Shown here: piece by piece, positions 46,143 through 53,460 of the stretch | Layout of the letters: every line of letters starts with the position of its first letter | Numbering within the stretch: position 1 is the first letter of the stretch | Assembly (NCBI GenBank): GCA_964528845.1 | Contig: CAZGVE010000018.1 | Coordinates: 1,052-65,051 of the forward strand | Origin: an uncultured Steroidobacteraceae bacterium | GTDB lineage: Bacteria; Pseudomonadota; Gammaproteobacteria; Steroidobacterales; Steroidobacteraceae | Direction of reading: 5' to 3' | Length of the DNA stretch: 64,000 bases | The notes under the pieces: model-generated | The model's input: the letters and a program-made list of their open reading frames with translations, nothing else | The model's database searches: none | Told to the model about the DNA's origin: nothing | Program-made: the position numbers and the translations under genes

Positions 46143-47258
46143 ATGTCCGCAGATCCGCTCGACCTGACCGCGAACGAACCCGGAATCGACGCTACGCCGT
46201 CGATCAATACCCGCCCGCTTTTCAAGCTGATGGTGGAGCGCCGGGCATCGGACCTGTTCTTCACCTCGAACTCGCCGATCAAGATCAAGATCGAGGGGCA
46301 GATCTTTCCGGTCAACAAGCAGGTGCTGCCGCCGGCCGCGGTGCGCACGATCTGCCTCGGGCTCATGTCACCGGAGCAGATCGAGCAGTTTCAGCGCGAC
46401 CTGGAAATCGACTTCGCGATCTCCGAGCCCGGGCTCGGCCGCTTCCGCGTCAATATCTTCCTGCAGCGCGGCTATCCGGCCATGGTGCTGCGCTACATCA
46501 CCGCCGACATGCCAAGGCTCGAGACGCTGGGTCTGCCCGCCGTGCTGAGCGATCTGGCCATGATCAAGCGCGGCCTGATCCTGCTGGTCGGCTCGACCGG
46601 GTCCGGCAAGTCCACGACGCTGGCGGCGATGATCAATCACCGTAATGAGAGCGCTTCGGACCATATCGTCACGATCGAGGACCCGATCGAGTTCCTGCAC
46701 TCCAACAAGCGCTCGATCATCAACCAGCGCGAGGTGGGGCTCGATACGCGCAGCTACGAGCGCGCGCTGCGCAGCGTGATGCGGGCGGCGCCCGACGTGA
46801 TCCTGATCGGGGAGATCCGGGACCGCGAGAGCATGCAGGCGGCCATCAGCCTCGCCGGCACCGGGCATCTGGTGCTCGCCACGCTGCACGCCAATAACTG
46901 CGCCGAGACGCTGGACCGCATCCTCAACATGTTCCCGCGCGACCAGCACCAGCAGGCGACGCTGGATCTGTCGCAGTACCTGCGCGCGATCCTCGCGCAG
47001 CGGCTGGTCATGGGCGCCGACAAGAAGCGGGTCGCCGCCGTCGAGGTCCTGATCAACACGCCGCACATCGCCGAACTGATCAAGCGCGGCGACGTGAGCT
47101 CGATCAAGGAATCGATCATGCGCAGCGGCGACCACGACGTGTGCAGCTTCGATTCTGCGCTGCACAAGCTGTTCAAGGAGGGCCGCATCACGCTCGAGGA
47201 GGCGCTCGCGAATGCCGATTCGCGCACCAACCTCGAGGCGAAGATCAACTTCGGCTAG
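46143..47258 (+). CDS. Third PilT/PilU-family ATPase paralogue
   Basis: 371 aa. Walker A is GSTGSGKSTTLAAM, and all PilT-family boxes are intact (IVTIEDPIEF, VILIGEIRDRESM, GHLVLATLHAN). It starts 8 nt after the pilU stop. Confidence 0.85.
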   Translation: MSADPLDLTANEPGIDATPSINTRPLFKLMVERRASDLFFTSNSPIKIKIEGQIFPVNKQVLPPAAVRTICLGLMSPEQIEQFQRDLEIDFAISEPGLGRFRVNIFLQRGYPAMVLRYITADMPRLETLGLPAVLSDLAMIKRGLILLVGSTGSGKSTTLAAMINHRNESASDHIVTIEDPIEFLHSNKRSIINQREVGLDTRSYERALRSVMRAAPDVILIGEIRDRESMQAAISLAGTGHLVLATLHANNCAETLDRILNMFPRDQHQQATLDLSQYLRAILAQRLVMGADKKRVAAVEVLINTPHIAELIKRGDVSSIKESIMRSGDHDVCSFDSALHKLFKEGRITLEEALANADSRTNLEAKINFG

Positions 47259-47292
47259 CGGCGCGCAGCCGCCCCGGCCGGCAAGCGCCGCC

Positions 47293-48711
47293 TCAGGCGG
47301 GAACCGGCTGGCGCAGCCGGCGGATCAGCGGCGCCATCGCGATCATGGTCGCGAACAGCAGCACGATCTCCGTCGTGTAGACGAAGGTATAGCCCCGGAC
47401 CGAGCCGGCCAGTGTCGCCGATGCGAGGCTGCCCGCACCCGCATACTCGTGCGCGACGAGGTCGCGCAGGATTCCTCCCAGTGCGACCGCAATTCCTGCC
47501 GCCGAGGCCTGTACCGCACCCCACGCACCAAGTGCGAGGCCGCGCTGGTCCGCCGGCGCCAGATTCATGGTCGCGGTCAGGGTGCCATGGCCGAACAGTC
47601 CGCCGCCAAAACCGATCAGCAGGGTGCCGAATCCGAACAGCAACGTGGAATCGAACGGCGCCGCCAGGATCACCGCCATGAAGGCGGGCACGCCGACCAG
47701 CGCACCGATGCTCGCCATCCGGAACGGGTCGAAGCCGCGGCTCAACACCCGCGAGGCGAGCCCGAAGCCGAGCAGCCCGCCGAGCGCCAGCGTCGCGGTC
47801 AGGCGGGTCGTCGATCCGACCGTCAGGTGCAGGATCTGCCCGCCATAGGGTTCGAGCAGCACGTCCTCCATGCTGAAGGCCATGGTGCCCAGTCCCACCG
47901 AGACCAGGCGCCGCAGCGCGCTGTCGCCGTGGCTGAAGCTGTTCCAGGAGTCGCGGAAGGCGGGCTGACGGCGGGGTACGGTGCCCAGGGTGCGCGTCGG
48001 CCGGCGCGACTCCTGCTTCCACAGCGCGATCACGTTCAGGATCATGGTCACGAGGGCTGCGCCCTGGATGACCTGGACCAGCTTGCCGGCCGTGAAATTC
48101 ACCAGCACCGACCCGAATACCAGCGCGCTCACGATCATGCCGACCAGCAGCATCACGTACATCAGGCCGACGACTTTGGGCTGCGATTCCGCGGGCGCGA
48201 GGTCGGTCGCCAGCGCGAGGCCGACGGTCTGCGTCGTGTGCAGCCCGGCACCCACCAGCAGGAAGGCCAGGCCGGCACCCAGCTGACCGATCCATACGGG
48301 CGCGCGGCTGGATTCACCGGCGCCTGAGAGCACCAGCAGCGCGAAGGGCATGATCGCGAGCCCCCCGAACTGCACCAGTGTGCCCTGCCAGATGAAAGGC
48401 ACGCGCTTCCAGCCGAGTTCGGAACGGTGGGTATCGGAGCGGAACCCGATCAGCGCGCGGAACGGTGCGAACAGCAGTGGCAGCGCCAGCATCACCGCGA
48501 CCAGGGAGGCGGGAACGCCAAGCTCGACGATCATGACGCGGTTGAGCGTCCCGATCAGCAGCACCAGCGCCATGCCGACCGAGACCTGGAATAGCGACAG
48601 GCGCAGCAGCCGGGACAGCGGCAGGTCGGGCGTCGCGACATCGGCGAATGGCAGAAAGCGCGGGCCGAGATCGACCCACGCGCGCAGGAGCCGTTGACTG
48701 ATTCGCGGCAT
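47293..48711 (-). CDS. pucC: PucC/LhaA-type BCD-family MFS protein (light-harvesting complex assembly)
   Basis: About 472 aa, 12-TM type protein directly downstream of pucBA. The N-terminus PFADVATPDLPLSRLLRLSLFQVSVGMALVLLIGTLNRVMIVELGVPA is typical of PucC/LhaA. The start was set at ATG 48711 so that the intercistronic hairpin is non-coding. Confidence 0.85.
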   Translation of the reverse strand: MPRISQRLLRAWVDLGPRFLPFADVATPDLPLSRLLRLSLFQVSVGMALVLLIGTLNRVMIVELGVPASLVAVMLALPLLFAPFRALIGFRSDTHRSELGWKRVPFIWQGTLVQFGGLAIMPFALLVLSGAGESSRAPVWIGQLGAGLAFLLVGAGLHTTQTVGLALATDLAPAESQPKVVGLMYVMLLVGMIVSALVFGSVLVNFTAGKLVQVIQGAALVTMILNVIALWKQESRRPTRTLGTVPRRQPAFRDSWNSFSHGDSALRRLVSVGLGTMAFSMEDVLLEPYGGQILHLTVGSTTRLTATLALGGLLGFGLASRVLSRGFDPFRMASIGALVGVPAFMAVILAAPFDSTLLFGFGTLLIGFGGGLFGHGTLTATMNLAPADQRGLALGAWGAVQASAAGIAVALGGILRDLVAHEYAGAGSLASATLAGSVRGYTFVYTTEIVLLFATMIAMAPLIRRLRQPVPA

Positions 48712-48737
48712 GCCTGTGAATTCGTTCGCCGGAGAAC

Positions 48738-48769
48738 GGGGGCAGGGACCACCTAAGGTCCCCGCCCCC
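48738..48769 (-). terminator. Strong intercistronic stem-loop between pucA and pucC
   Basis: GGGGGCAGGGACC-N6-GGTCCCCGCCCCC, a 13-bp stem with one mismatch. It lies 29 nt after the pucA stop and 27 nt before the pucC ATG. Confidence 0.65.
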
Positions 48770-48797
48770 TTAACGGACATCAATCAGCGGATAGCGA

Positions 48798-48986
48798 TTA
48801 CTTCGCGTCCGCCGCGGGTGCCGCTGCCGCGTGCTTGCCCGCCGCACCATTCCAGTACGACGGATACCACGAGGTGTGGCTCAGTATCGACCAATGCACC
48901 AGCAGTGCGATGATCGTGACTGATCCTAAGAACAGCGGCAGGCCTACCGTGGGCTTTACCACCAGCCAGATTCTTGCCTGGTTCAT
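48798..48986 (-). CDS. pucA: Light-harvesting complex 2 alpha apoprotein
   Basis: [47 protein letters not shown] is near-collinear with classical LH2 alpha chains ([47 protein letters not shown]). The BChl-ligating His sits in the TM helix, and there is a short Ala-rich C-terminal tail. Confidence 0.9.
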   Translation of the reverse strand: MNQARIWLVVKPTVGLPLFLGSVTIIALLVHWSILSHTSWYPSYWNGAAGKHAAAAPAADAK

Positions 48987-48998
48987 GTTGAGCCCCTG

Positions 48999-49154
48999 TC
49001 AGTGAAGCCAAGGTGTGTAGATGTACGCAAGAATGTGCGCAACCACGGCGATCGCGAAGAATACCCGCGATCCATCGATGACGTGCTTGTGCAATTCCTC
49101 CGCCTCCGCCACGGTAAGGCCCGTTGGCCAGACTCTGTTCGGATCTTCTGCCAT
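48999..49154 (-). CDS. pucB: Light-harvesting complex 2 beta apoprotein
   Basis: [51 protein letters not shown] compares with the LH2 beta pattern ...AEELHKYVIDGTRVF...ALVAHFLAF..TPWLH. An AAGGAG Shine-Dalgarno sequence precedes the ATG. Confidence 0.9.
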   Translation of the reverse strand: MAEDPNRVWPTGLTVAEAEELHKHVIDGSRVFFAIAVVAHILAYIYTPWLH

Positions 49155-49351
49155 TGCTATAACTCCTTGAGAGACATGCATGCAATCACGTGCTGACACC
49201 CGCACGAGGGTTGTTCATTGCCCCGGCAATCCGGAGGACAGTGGACACTGGTTGAACCGCCGCGGACTGTGCCGGCGCAATCCACCTCGCGTGGTGCTCG
49301 TGCTGCTTCGAAGGCTGCAATGACGGCCGGTCGTGGGTTCTTTGCGTCGTC

Positions 49352-49391
49352 AGTCTACGCTGACACTTCGTATTGTCAACTTGATGGTACA
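49352..49391 (-). promoter_or_regulatory. Candidate pucBAC promoter overlapped by a PpsR/CrtJ-type TGT-N12-ACA operator
   Basis: The minus strand reads TGTACCATCAAGTTGACA-ATACGAAGTGTCAGCG-TAGACT. The palindromic TGT-N12-ACA site (49374-49391) contains a perfect TTGACA -35. A 16-nt spacer follows, then a TAGACT -10. Confidence 0.5.
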
Positions 49392-49410
49392 CTCGCCGGG
49401 GAGGGTCGAC

Positions 49411-49620
49411 ATGCGAGTGGAATACCTGGCCGGTGCCTTACTGTTCGCGATCGGGCTGTTCTTCATCCCGTTGCGCAGCCCGTCGCGGCAGCGCGCGGCG
49501 GCGTCCCCGCAGCGCCCCGGTGTCCTGCCCGCGTGGCTGGACCTGCTGGTCCTGTGGGGGATGGGGCTGGTATGCCTCTTGTTCGGCGTCGCGCTGCTGC
49601 TAGGACGGGTGCGGTTCTGA
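49411..49620 (+). CDS. Small hypothetical membrane protein (69 aa, two TM helices)
   Basis: A GGGAGGG Shine-Dalgarno sequence lies 6 nt before the ATG. Sequence is MRVEYLAGALLFAIGLFFIPL...LDLLVLWGMGLVCLLFGVALLLG. Divergent from pucB, and its 3' end overlaps the convergent pyrK-like gene by 21 nt. Confidence 0.45.
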   Translation: MRVEYLAGALLFAIGLFFIPLRSPSRQRAAASPQRPGVLPAWLDLLVLWGMGLVCLLFGVALLLGRVRF

Positions 49621-50505
49621 ATCGGGTTCCGGAAACACCGTAGCCGCGTCGAACACCGGCCCGTCCACGCATACCCGCTTCATCGCCGGTCCCGCGGGCG
49701 TCTGCACGGGCACCGCGCACCCGGCGCATCCGCCGACCGCGCAGGCCATGAATTCCTCGAGTGACACCTGGCAGGGCACGCCGAATTCGCGCGCCAGCTT
49801 CGCGGTGGCGCGCAGCATCGCCGTCGGACCGCAGGCGAACAGCTCGGTCTGCGCGAGTTCCGGGCCGCGCAGCGTGGCGAGCCAGCGCCGCGCCAGTTCG
49901 GTGACGAAGCCGTCGAAGCAACCAGGGTAGCCCGCGCGGCTCGCGAGCCGCGACGGTATACCCCACTCATCGAGCAGCGGCATGCAGCCGATGGCTTCGT
50001 CCGGAATCCCGGGCACCAGGATCGTCGAGGGGCGCACGCGGAACGGAAATGGCACCTCCGACCCCATGAGCACCAGCGGCTTCCACGGCACCTCGGTGCC
50101 CTGGCGCAGCTGCTCGCTCAGGAACACGAGGGGTGGGATGCCGACCCCGCCGCCGATCGCGAGCACGCGTGGGCGCGCGGCGTGGGGACTGAAGCCGACC
50201 CCGATCGGCCCGAGTACGCTCAAGGAGGAAGGCGGCTGCTGGGTACTCAATGCCCGCGTTCCCGCGCCGACGACCTTGTACAGCACCTCGATCCAGCCCG
50301 CCTGCCGGTCCACCCGCATGATCGACATCGGCCGGCGCATCGGCAGCTCGGCCGCGCAGCGCAGGTGCACGAAGCTGCCCGGAAGCGCCCGCGCAGCGCA
50401 GCGCGGGGCCGCGAGTCGCAGCACGTGCTGGTCGCCGTCGAAATGGCTGTGCGCGAGGATCGGAGCGTCCTCGAGCAGGATCGTACCCCTGCTCGCGGAA
50501 CTCAC
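49600..50505 (-). CDS. PyrK-like FAD/NAD(P)-binding, 2Fe-2S electron-transfer subunit (dihydroorotate dehydrogenase B-type partner family)
   Basis: 301 aa. Flavin-binding RPMSI motif, NAD-binding GGGVGIPPL, and a C-terminal Cys cluster (CAVGGCAGCAVPV...RVCVDGPVF). The GTG start overlaps the pyrB stop (GTGA). Confidence 0.78.
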   Translation of the reverse strand: MSSASRGTILLEDAPILAHSHFDGDQHVLRLAAPRCAARALPGSFVHLRCAAELPMRRPMSIMRVDRQAGWIEVLYKVVGAGTRALSTQQPPSSLSVLGPIGVGFSPHAARPRVLAIGGGVGIPPLVFLSEQLRQGTEVPWKPLVLMGSEVPFPFRVRPSTILVPGIPDEAIGCMPLLDEWGIPSRLASRAGYPGCFDGFVTELARRWLATLRGPELAQTELFACGPTAMLRATAKLAREFGVPCQVSLEEFMACAVGGCAGCAVPVQTPAGPAMKRVCVDGPVFDAATVFPEPDSEPHPS

Positions 50506-51458
50506 GCTGCAAGCCCGCCGGCGACCGCCTCGAGGACCGCCATGCGCACTGCGACGCCGTTGCTGACCTGGGCGCGGATCACCGACTGCGGGCCGTCGGC
50601 GACCGCCGAATCGATCTCGACGCCCCGGTTCATCGGCTGCGGATGCATCACGATGGCGTCCGGATGCGCCAGGCGCAGACGCTCGGGCGTGAGGCCAAAG
50701 CGGTGGAAATACTCTTCTCCATCGGGCACGGCCAGCGCGGTAAAACGCTCCTTCTGGATCCGCAGCATCATCACCACGTCGGCGTCCGCGAGGCCGTCCT
50801 CGAGCGTCTCAAAGCGGCGGCAGCCTGCGAACTCCCCGGGCTCCGGCATCAGGGATCCCGGTCCGACGATGCGCAGCTCCCGGGCGCCGAGCTGGCCGAA
50901 GATCTGGCAGGCCGAGCGCGCCACGCGCGAATGCCGTATGTCCCCGACGATCGCGATCACCAGCGGCTCGATGCGTCCTTTGCGCTGGCGCACGGTCAGT
51001 GCATCGAGCAGCCCCTGGGTCGGGTGGGACAGATGCGCTTCGCCGGCCGACAGCACGCTGACGTGCGGCGCCACGTGCGCGGCGACGTGGGCGAGCACAC
51101 CGGGCTCGGCATCGCGGATCACGAACACGTCGAAGTGCAGCGCCTGCAGCGTCGCGATCGTGTCGAGCATGGTCTCGCCCTTCGCGCGCGAGGACAGCTG
51201 GACCTCGAGATTGACGACGTCGGCACCGAGACGGCGACCTGCCAGTTCGAAGGAAACCCGGGTACGCGTCGACGGTTCCGTGAACAGGTTCGCCACCGTC
51301 ACTCCCTGCAGCACAGGGGGGACGGATGGCGCACGCTCCCCGACGGCCCGCACGAAATGGGCGGCACGGGCGAGGAGGCCTTCGATTACAGCCCGCGGCA
51401 GCCCTTCCAGGCTGATCAGGTGGCGCAGGGATCCGTCCGAACGCAGTTGCTCAATCAT
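50502..51458 (-). CDS. pyrB: Aspartate carbamoyltransferase catalytic subunit PyrB
   Basis: ANLFTEPSTRTRVSFELA...HPTQGLLD...HPQPMNRGVEI, the canonical ATCase motifs. Confidence 0.97.
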   Translation of the reverse strand: MIEQLRSDGSLRHLISLEGLPRAVIEGLLARAAHFVRAVGERAPSVPPVLQGVTVANLFTEPSTRTRVSFELAGRRLGADVVNLEVQLSSRAKGETMLDTIATLQALHFDVFVIRDAEPGVLAHVAAHVAPHVSVLSAGEAHLSHPTQGLLDALTVRQRKGRIEPLVIAIVGDIRHSRVARSACQIFGQLGARELRIVGPGSLMPEPGEFAGCRRFETLEDGLADADVVMMLRIQKERFTALAVPDGEEYFHRFGLTPERLRLAHPDAIVMHPQPMNRGVEIDSAVADGPQSVIRAQVSNGVAVRMAVLEAVAGGLAA

Positions 51459-51903
51459 CGGTGGCGCGCGAGTGCCCGAGGTAGCGTTCGAGAATGATAG
51501 CCGCTGCGGCGCTGTCGATGTCAGCGGCCTGCACCCTTCGCCGGCGCTGTCCGCTGGCGCGATGCTCCCGCAGGGTCGCCACGGCCTCGAGCGAGGAGCC
51601 GTATTCGTCAGTACGGTGCACAGTCAGGCCGCTGCGCTCGGCCAGCGCCGCCGCGAAGCGGTCCGCGGCCGCACTCAAGCTGCCGGCGCTGCCATCCTCA
51701 TTGCGGGGACTTCCGACGACGAGCAATGCCGGCCTGAACTGCTCCAGCACGCGCCGGATCGCCTCCCAGTCGATGCCGTGATCGCCGACCATTACGGCGG
51801 CGTGCGGTGCCGCGGTGCCGCTGATGCTGTCGCCGGAGGCGATGCCTATGCGCCGCAGACCGAAATCAAACGCGAGGACTACGCGGCCGCGCGCCTCAGG
51901 CAT
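51451..51903 (-). CDS. ruvX: Holliday-junction resolvase-like nuclease RuvX (YqgF)
   Basis: VLAFDFGLRRIGIASGD...LLVVGSPRNEDGS...TDEYGSSLEA. Confidence 0.93.
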   Translation of the reverse strand: MPEARGRVVLAFDFGLRRIGIASGDSISGTAAPHAAVMVGDHGIDWEAIRRVLEQFRPALLVVGSPRNEDGSAGSLSAAADRFAAALAERSGLTVHRTDEYGSSLEAVATLREHRASGQRRRRVQAADIDSAAAAIILERYLGHSRATDD

Positions 51904-52459
51904 GACCGGCGACGAAGCTCACGCGCGAGCTATCGACGCCCAGCAGCTGCCATGCGGCCTGCCAGCGATCCTCGAATGGCAGCTCAAAGATGATGCGTTC
52001 GTCGACGGGCAGGCTGAGCCAGGCGTTATCGAGCATCTCCCGCTCGAGCTGGCCGCCCTCCCAGTTGGCGTAGCCGAGCGCGACGAAAGCGTCCCGCGGC
52101 CCCTCGCCGCGGGCGATCGCGGCCAGCACGTCGCGCGACGTGGTGACCTGCACTGCCTCCGAGATGCGATGCGTCGAGTCCCAGTCTCCGCCGGGCCGGT
52201 GCAGCACGAAACCGCGGTCCGTATGCAGCGGTCCGCCGCGCAGCACCGCCTGCTCGCTGACGCGGATGTCCGCCGCCTCGAGCCGCATCTGCGTCATCAC
52301 ATCGCCGAGCTTCATTCCGATCGGCTTGTTGAGCACGATAGCGAGTGCCCCGCGATCGCTGTGTTCGCAGACCAGCGCGACCGTTTGCGCGAAGTGCGCG
52401 TCGGTCAGCGAAGGCATCGCGACCAGCAGATGATTGGCCAATGAGCTGCTATCGACCAT
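51896..52459 (-). CDS. YqgE/AlgH family protein
   Basis: 187 aa from the internal ATG (LANHLLVAMPSLTDAHFAQTVALVCEHSDRGALAIVLNKP...GGPLHTDRGFVLH...GYANWEGGQLEREM). The longer track ORF upstream of this ATG is a high-GC read-through artefact. Confidence 0.93.
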   Translation of the reverse strand: MVDSSSLANHLLVAMPSLTDAHFAQTVALVCEHSDRGALAIVLNKPIGMKLGDVMTQMRLEAADIRVSEQAVLRGGPLHTDRGFVLHRPGGDWDSTHRISEAVQVTTSRDVLAAIARGEGPRDAFVALGYANWEGGQLEREMLDNAWLSLPVDERIIFELPFEDRWQAAWQLLGVDSSRVSFVAGHA

Positions 52460-52491
52460 GTCAGCGAGTATGGGGGCAGCCCTGCGCGCTC

Positions 52492-53436
52492 TCAAGGTCC
52501 CGGCGCCGTATCTGACGAGACGGTCACAGCGCCGGACTGCAGCGCGCCGGCGACATATTCGTACTGATACAGCAGTCGCAGTCGGGCATATTCGCTGGCC
52601 AGCTCGGCCGGGAACGGATCGAACGGACTCGAGAGCTTCACTGCCGTGAGCGCTGCCTGGTCCAGCTCGTCGTGGCCGCTGCTGCGTTGCACACTCACGC
52701 GTACCAGCTTGCCGTCGGACCCGATCTCGACCTCGATGACGGGACTGCCAGACAAGCCAGCGGTGCGCGCTGCCGACGGGAAGTGCAGCGAGCCGAGGCG
52801 CTCGACCTTGCGCTTCCAGCGGGCGACGTACGGGGCGAGCGTTGCGGCCTGCGTGTCTGGTGCGACCCAATGTTGTGCGTCCGGCTTGCCCTTGAGCAGC
52901 AGTTCCAGCGCATCCCCGCGGCCGGCGCGCGCTGGCCCGTCGGCATCGGCGGTGATCTGCGCAATCTCGGTCCCGTTCTGCGGATCGCCGGCCGGCGCCG
53001 ATTCGAAGTAGCGGATATCGCGGCTGGGTGCGGTCGTAGCCAGTACCCGCTGCGATCCGGCCGTCTGCGCGCGATCGGCAGAATCGCCCGGCGCGCCGGC
53101 CTGCCGCGCGGTGCCGGCGGGGCTCTGGCTGGCAGGGCTGCCAGTACGTTGTGAGGCGTCGGCATTGCCGCTGCCGTTCTGCGTACGCTGGGCGAGGTAC
53201 GCAGCATGGGGGTTCGCGGCTGCCTCCGGTACCTCGTCGGTCACCAGCAGCACATCGAGCTGCGGCGCGTCGGCCCCCCCGACGCGGATGCCGCTCGTGA
53301 ATGTCAGTCCCAGGATCAGGATCGCGTGCAGCAGCGCTGTCAGGCACAGCATCGCGATCAGCCGATCGCGCACCGGCGCACGACCCTCGGCGAGCGCACC
53401 GGTCGTGCCGCGCTTGGGCTGCGGAAGAGGGGACAC
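52492..53436 (-). CDS. TonB-family energy transducer (TonB3-like by position)
   Basis: N-terminal TM anchor (LIAMLCLTALLHAILILGL), a Pro/Ala-rich spacer and a TonB C-terminal domain (GSPVIEVEIGSDGKLVRVSVQRSSGHDELDQAALTAVKLSSPFDPFP). Located between algH-like and gshB, as is Pseudomonas tonB3. Confidence 0.8.
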   Translation of the reverse strand: MSPLPQPKRGTTGALAEGRAPVRDRLIAMLCLTALLHAILILGLTFTSGIRVGGADAPQLDVLLVTDEVPEAAANPHAAYLAQRTQNGSGNADASQRTGSPASQSPAGTARQAGAPGDSADRAQTAGSQRVLATTAPSRDIRYFESAPAGDPQNGTEIAQITADADGPARAGRGDALELLLKGKPDAQHWVAPDTQAATLAPYVARWKRKVERLGSLHFPSAARTAGLSGSPVIEVEIGSDGKLVRVSVQRSSGHDELDQAALTAVKLSSPFDPFPAELASEYARLRLLYQYEYVAGALQSGAVTVSSDTAPGP

Positions 53437-53460
53437 CGGGAAAGTATAGCCCCCGCGCGC

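Noticed and set aside
49181-49198. Second PpsR-like site TGCAATCACGTGCTGACA between the promoter and pucB.
   Set aside because: It has one mismatch to TGT-N12-ACA (TGC instead of TGT), and it lies only about 30-45 nt upstream of the pucB ATG, deep inside the predicted leader. It is mentioned within the PpsR finding but is not strong enough to call as a feature.
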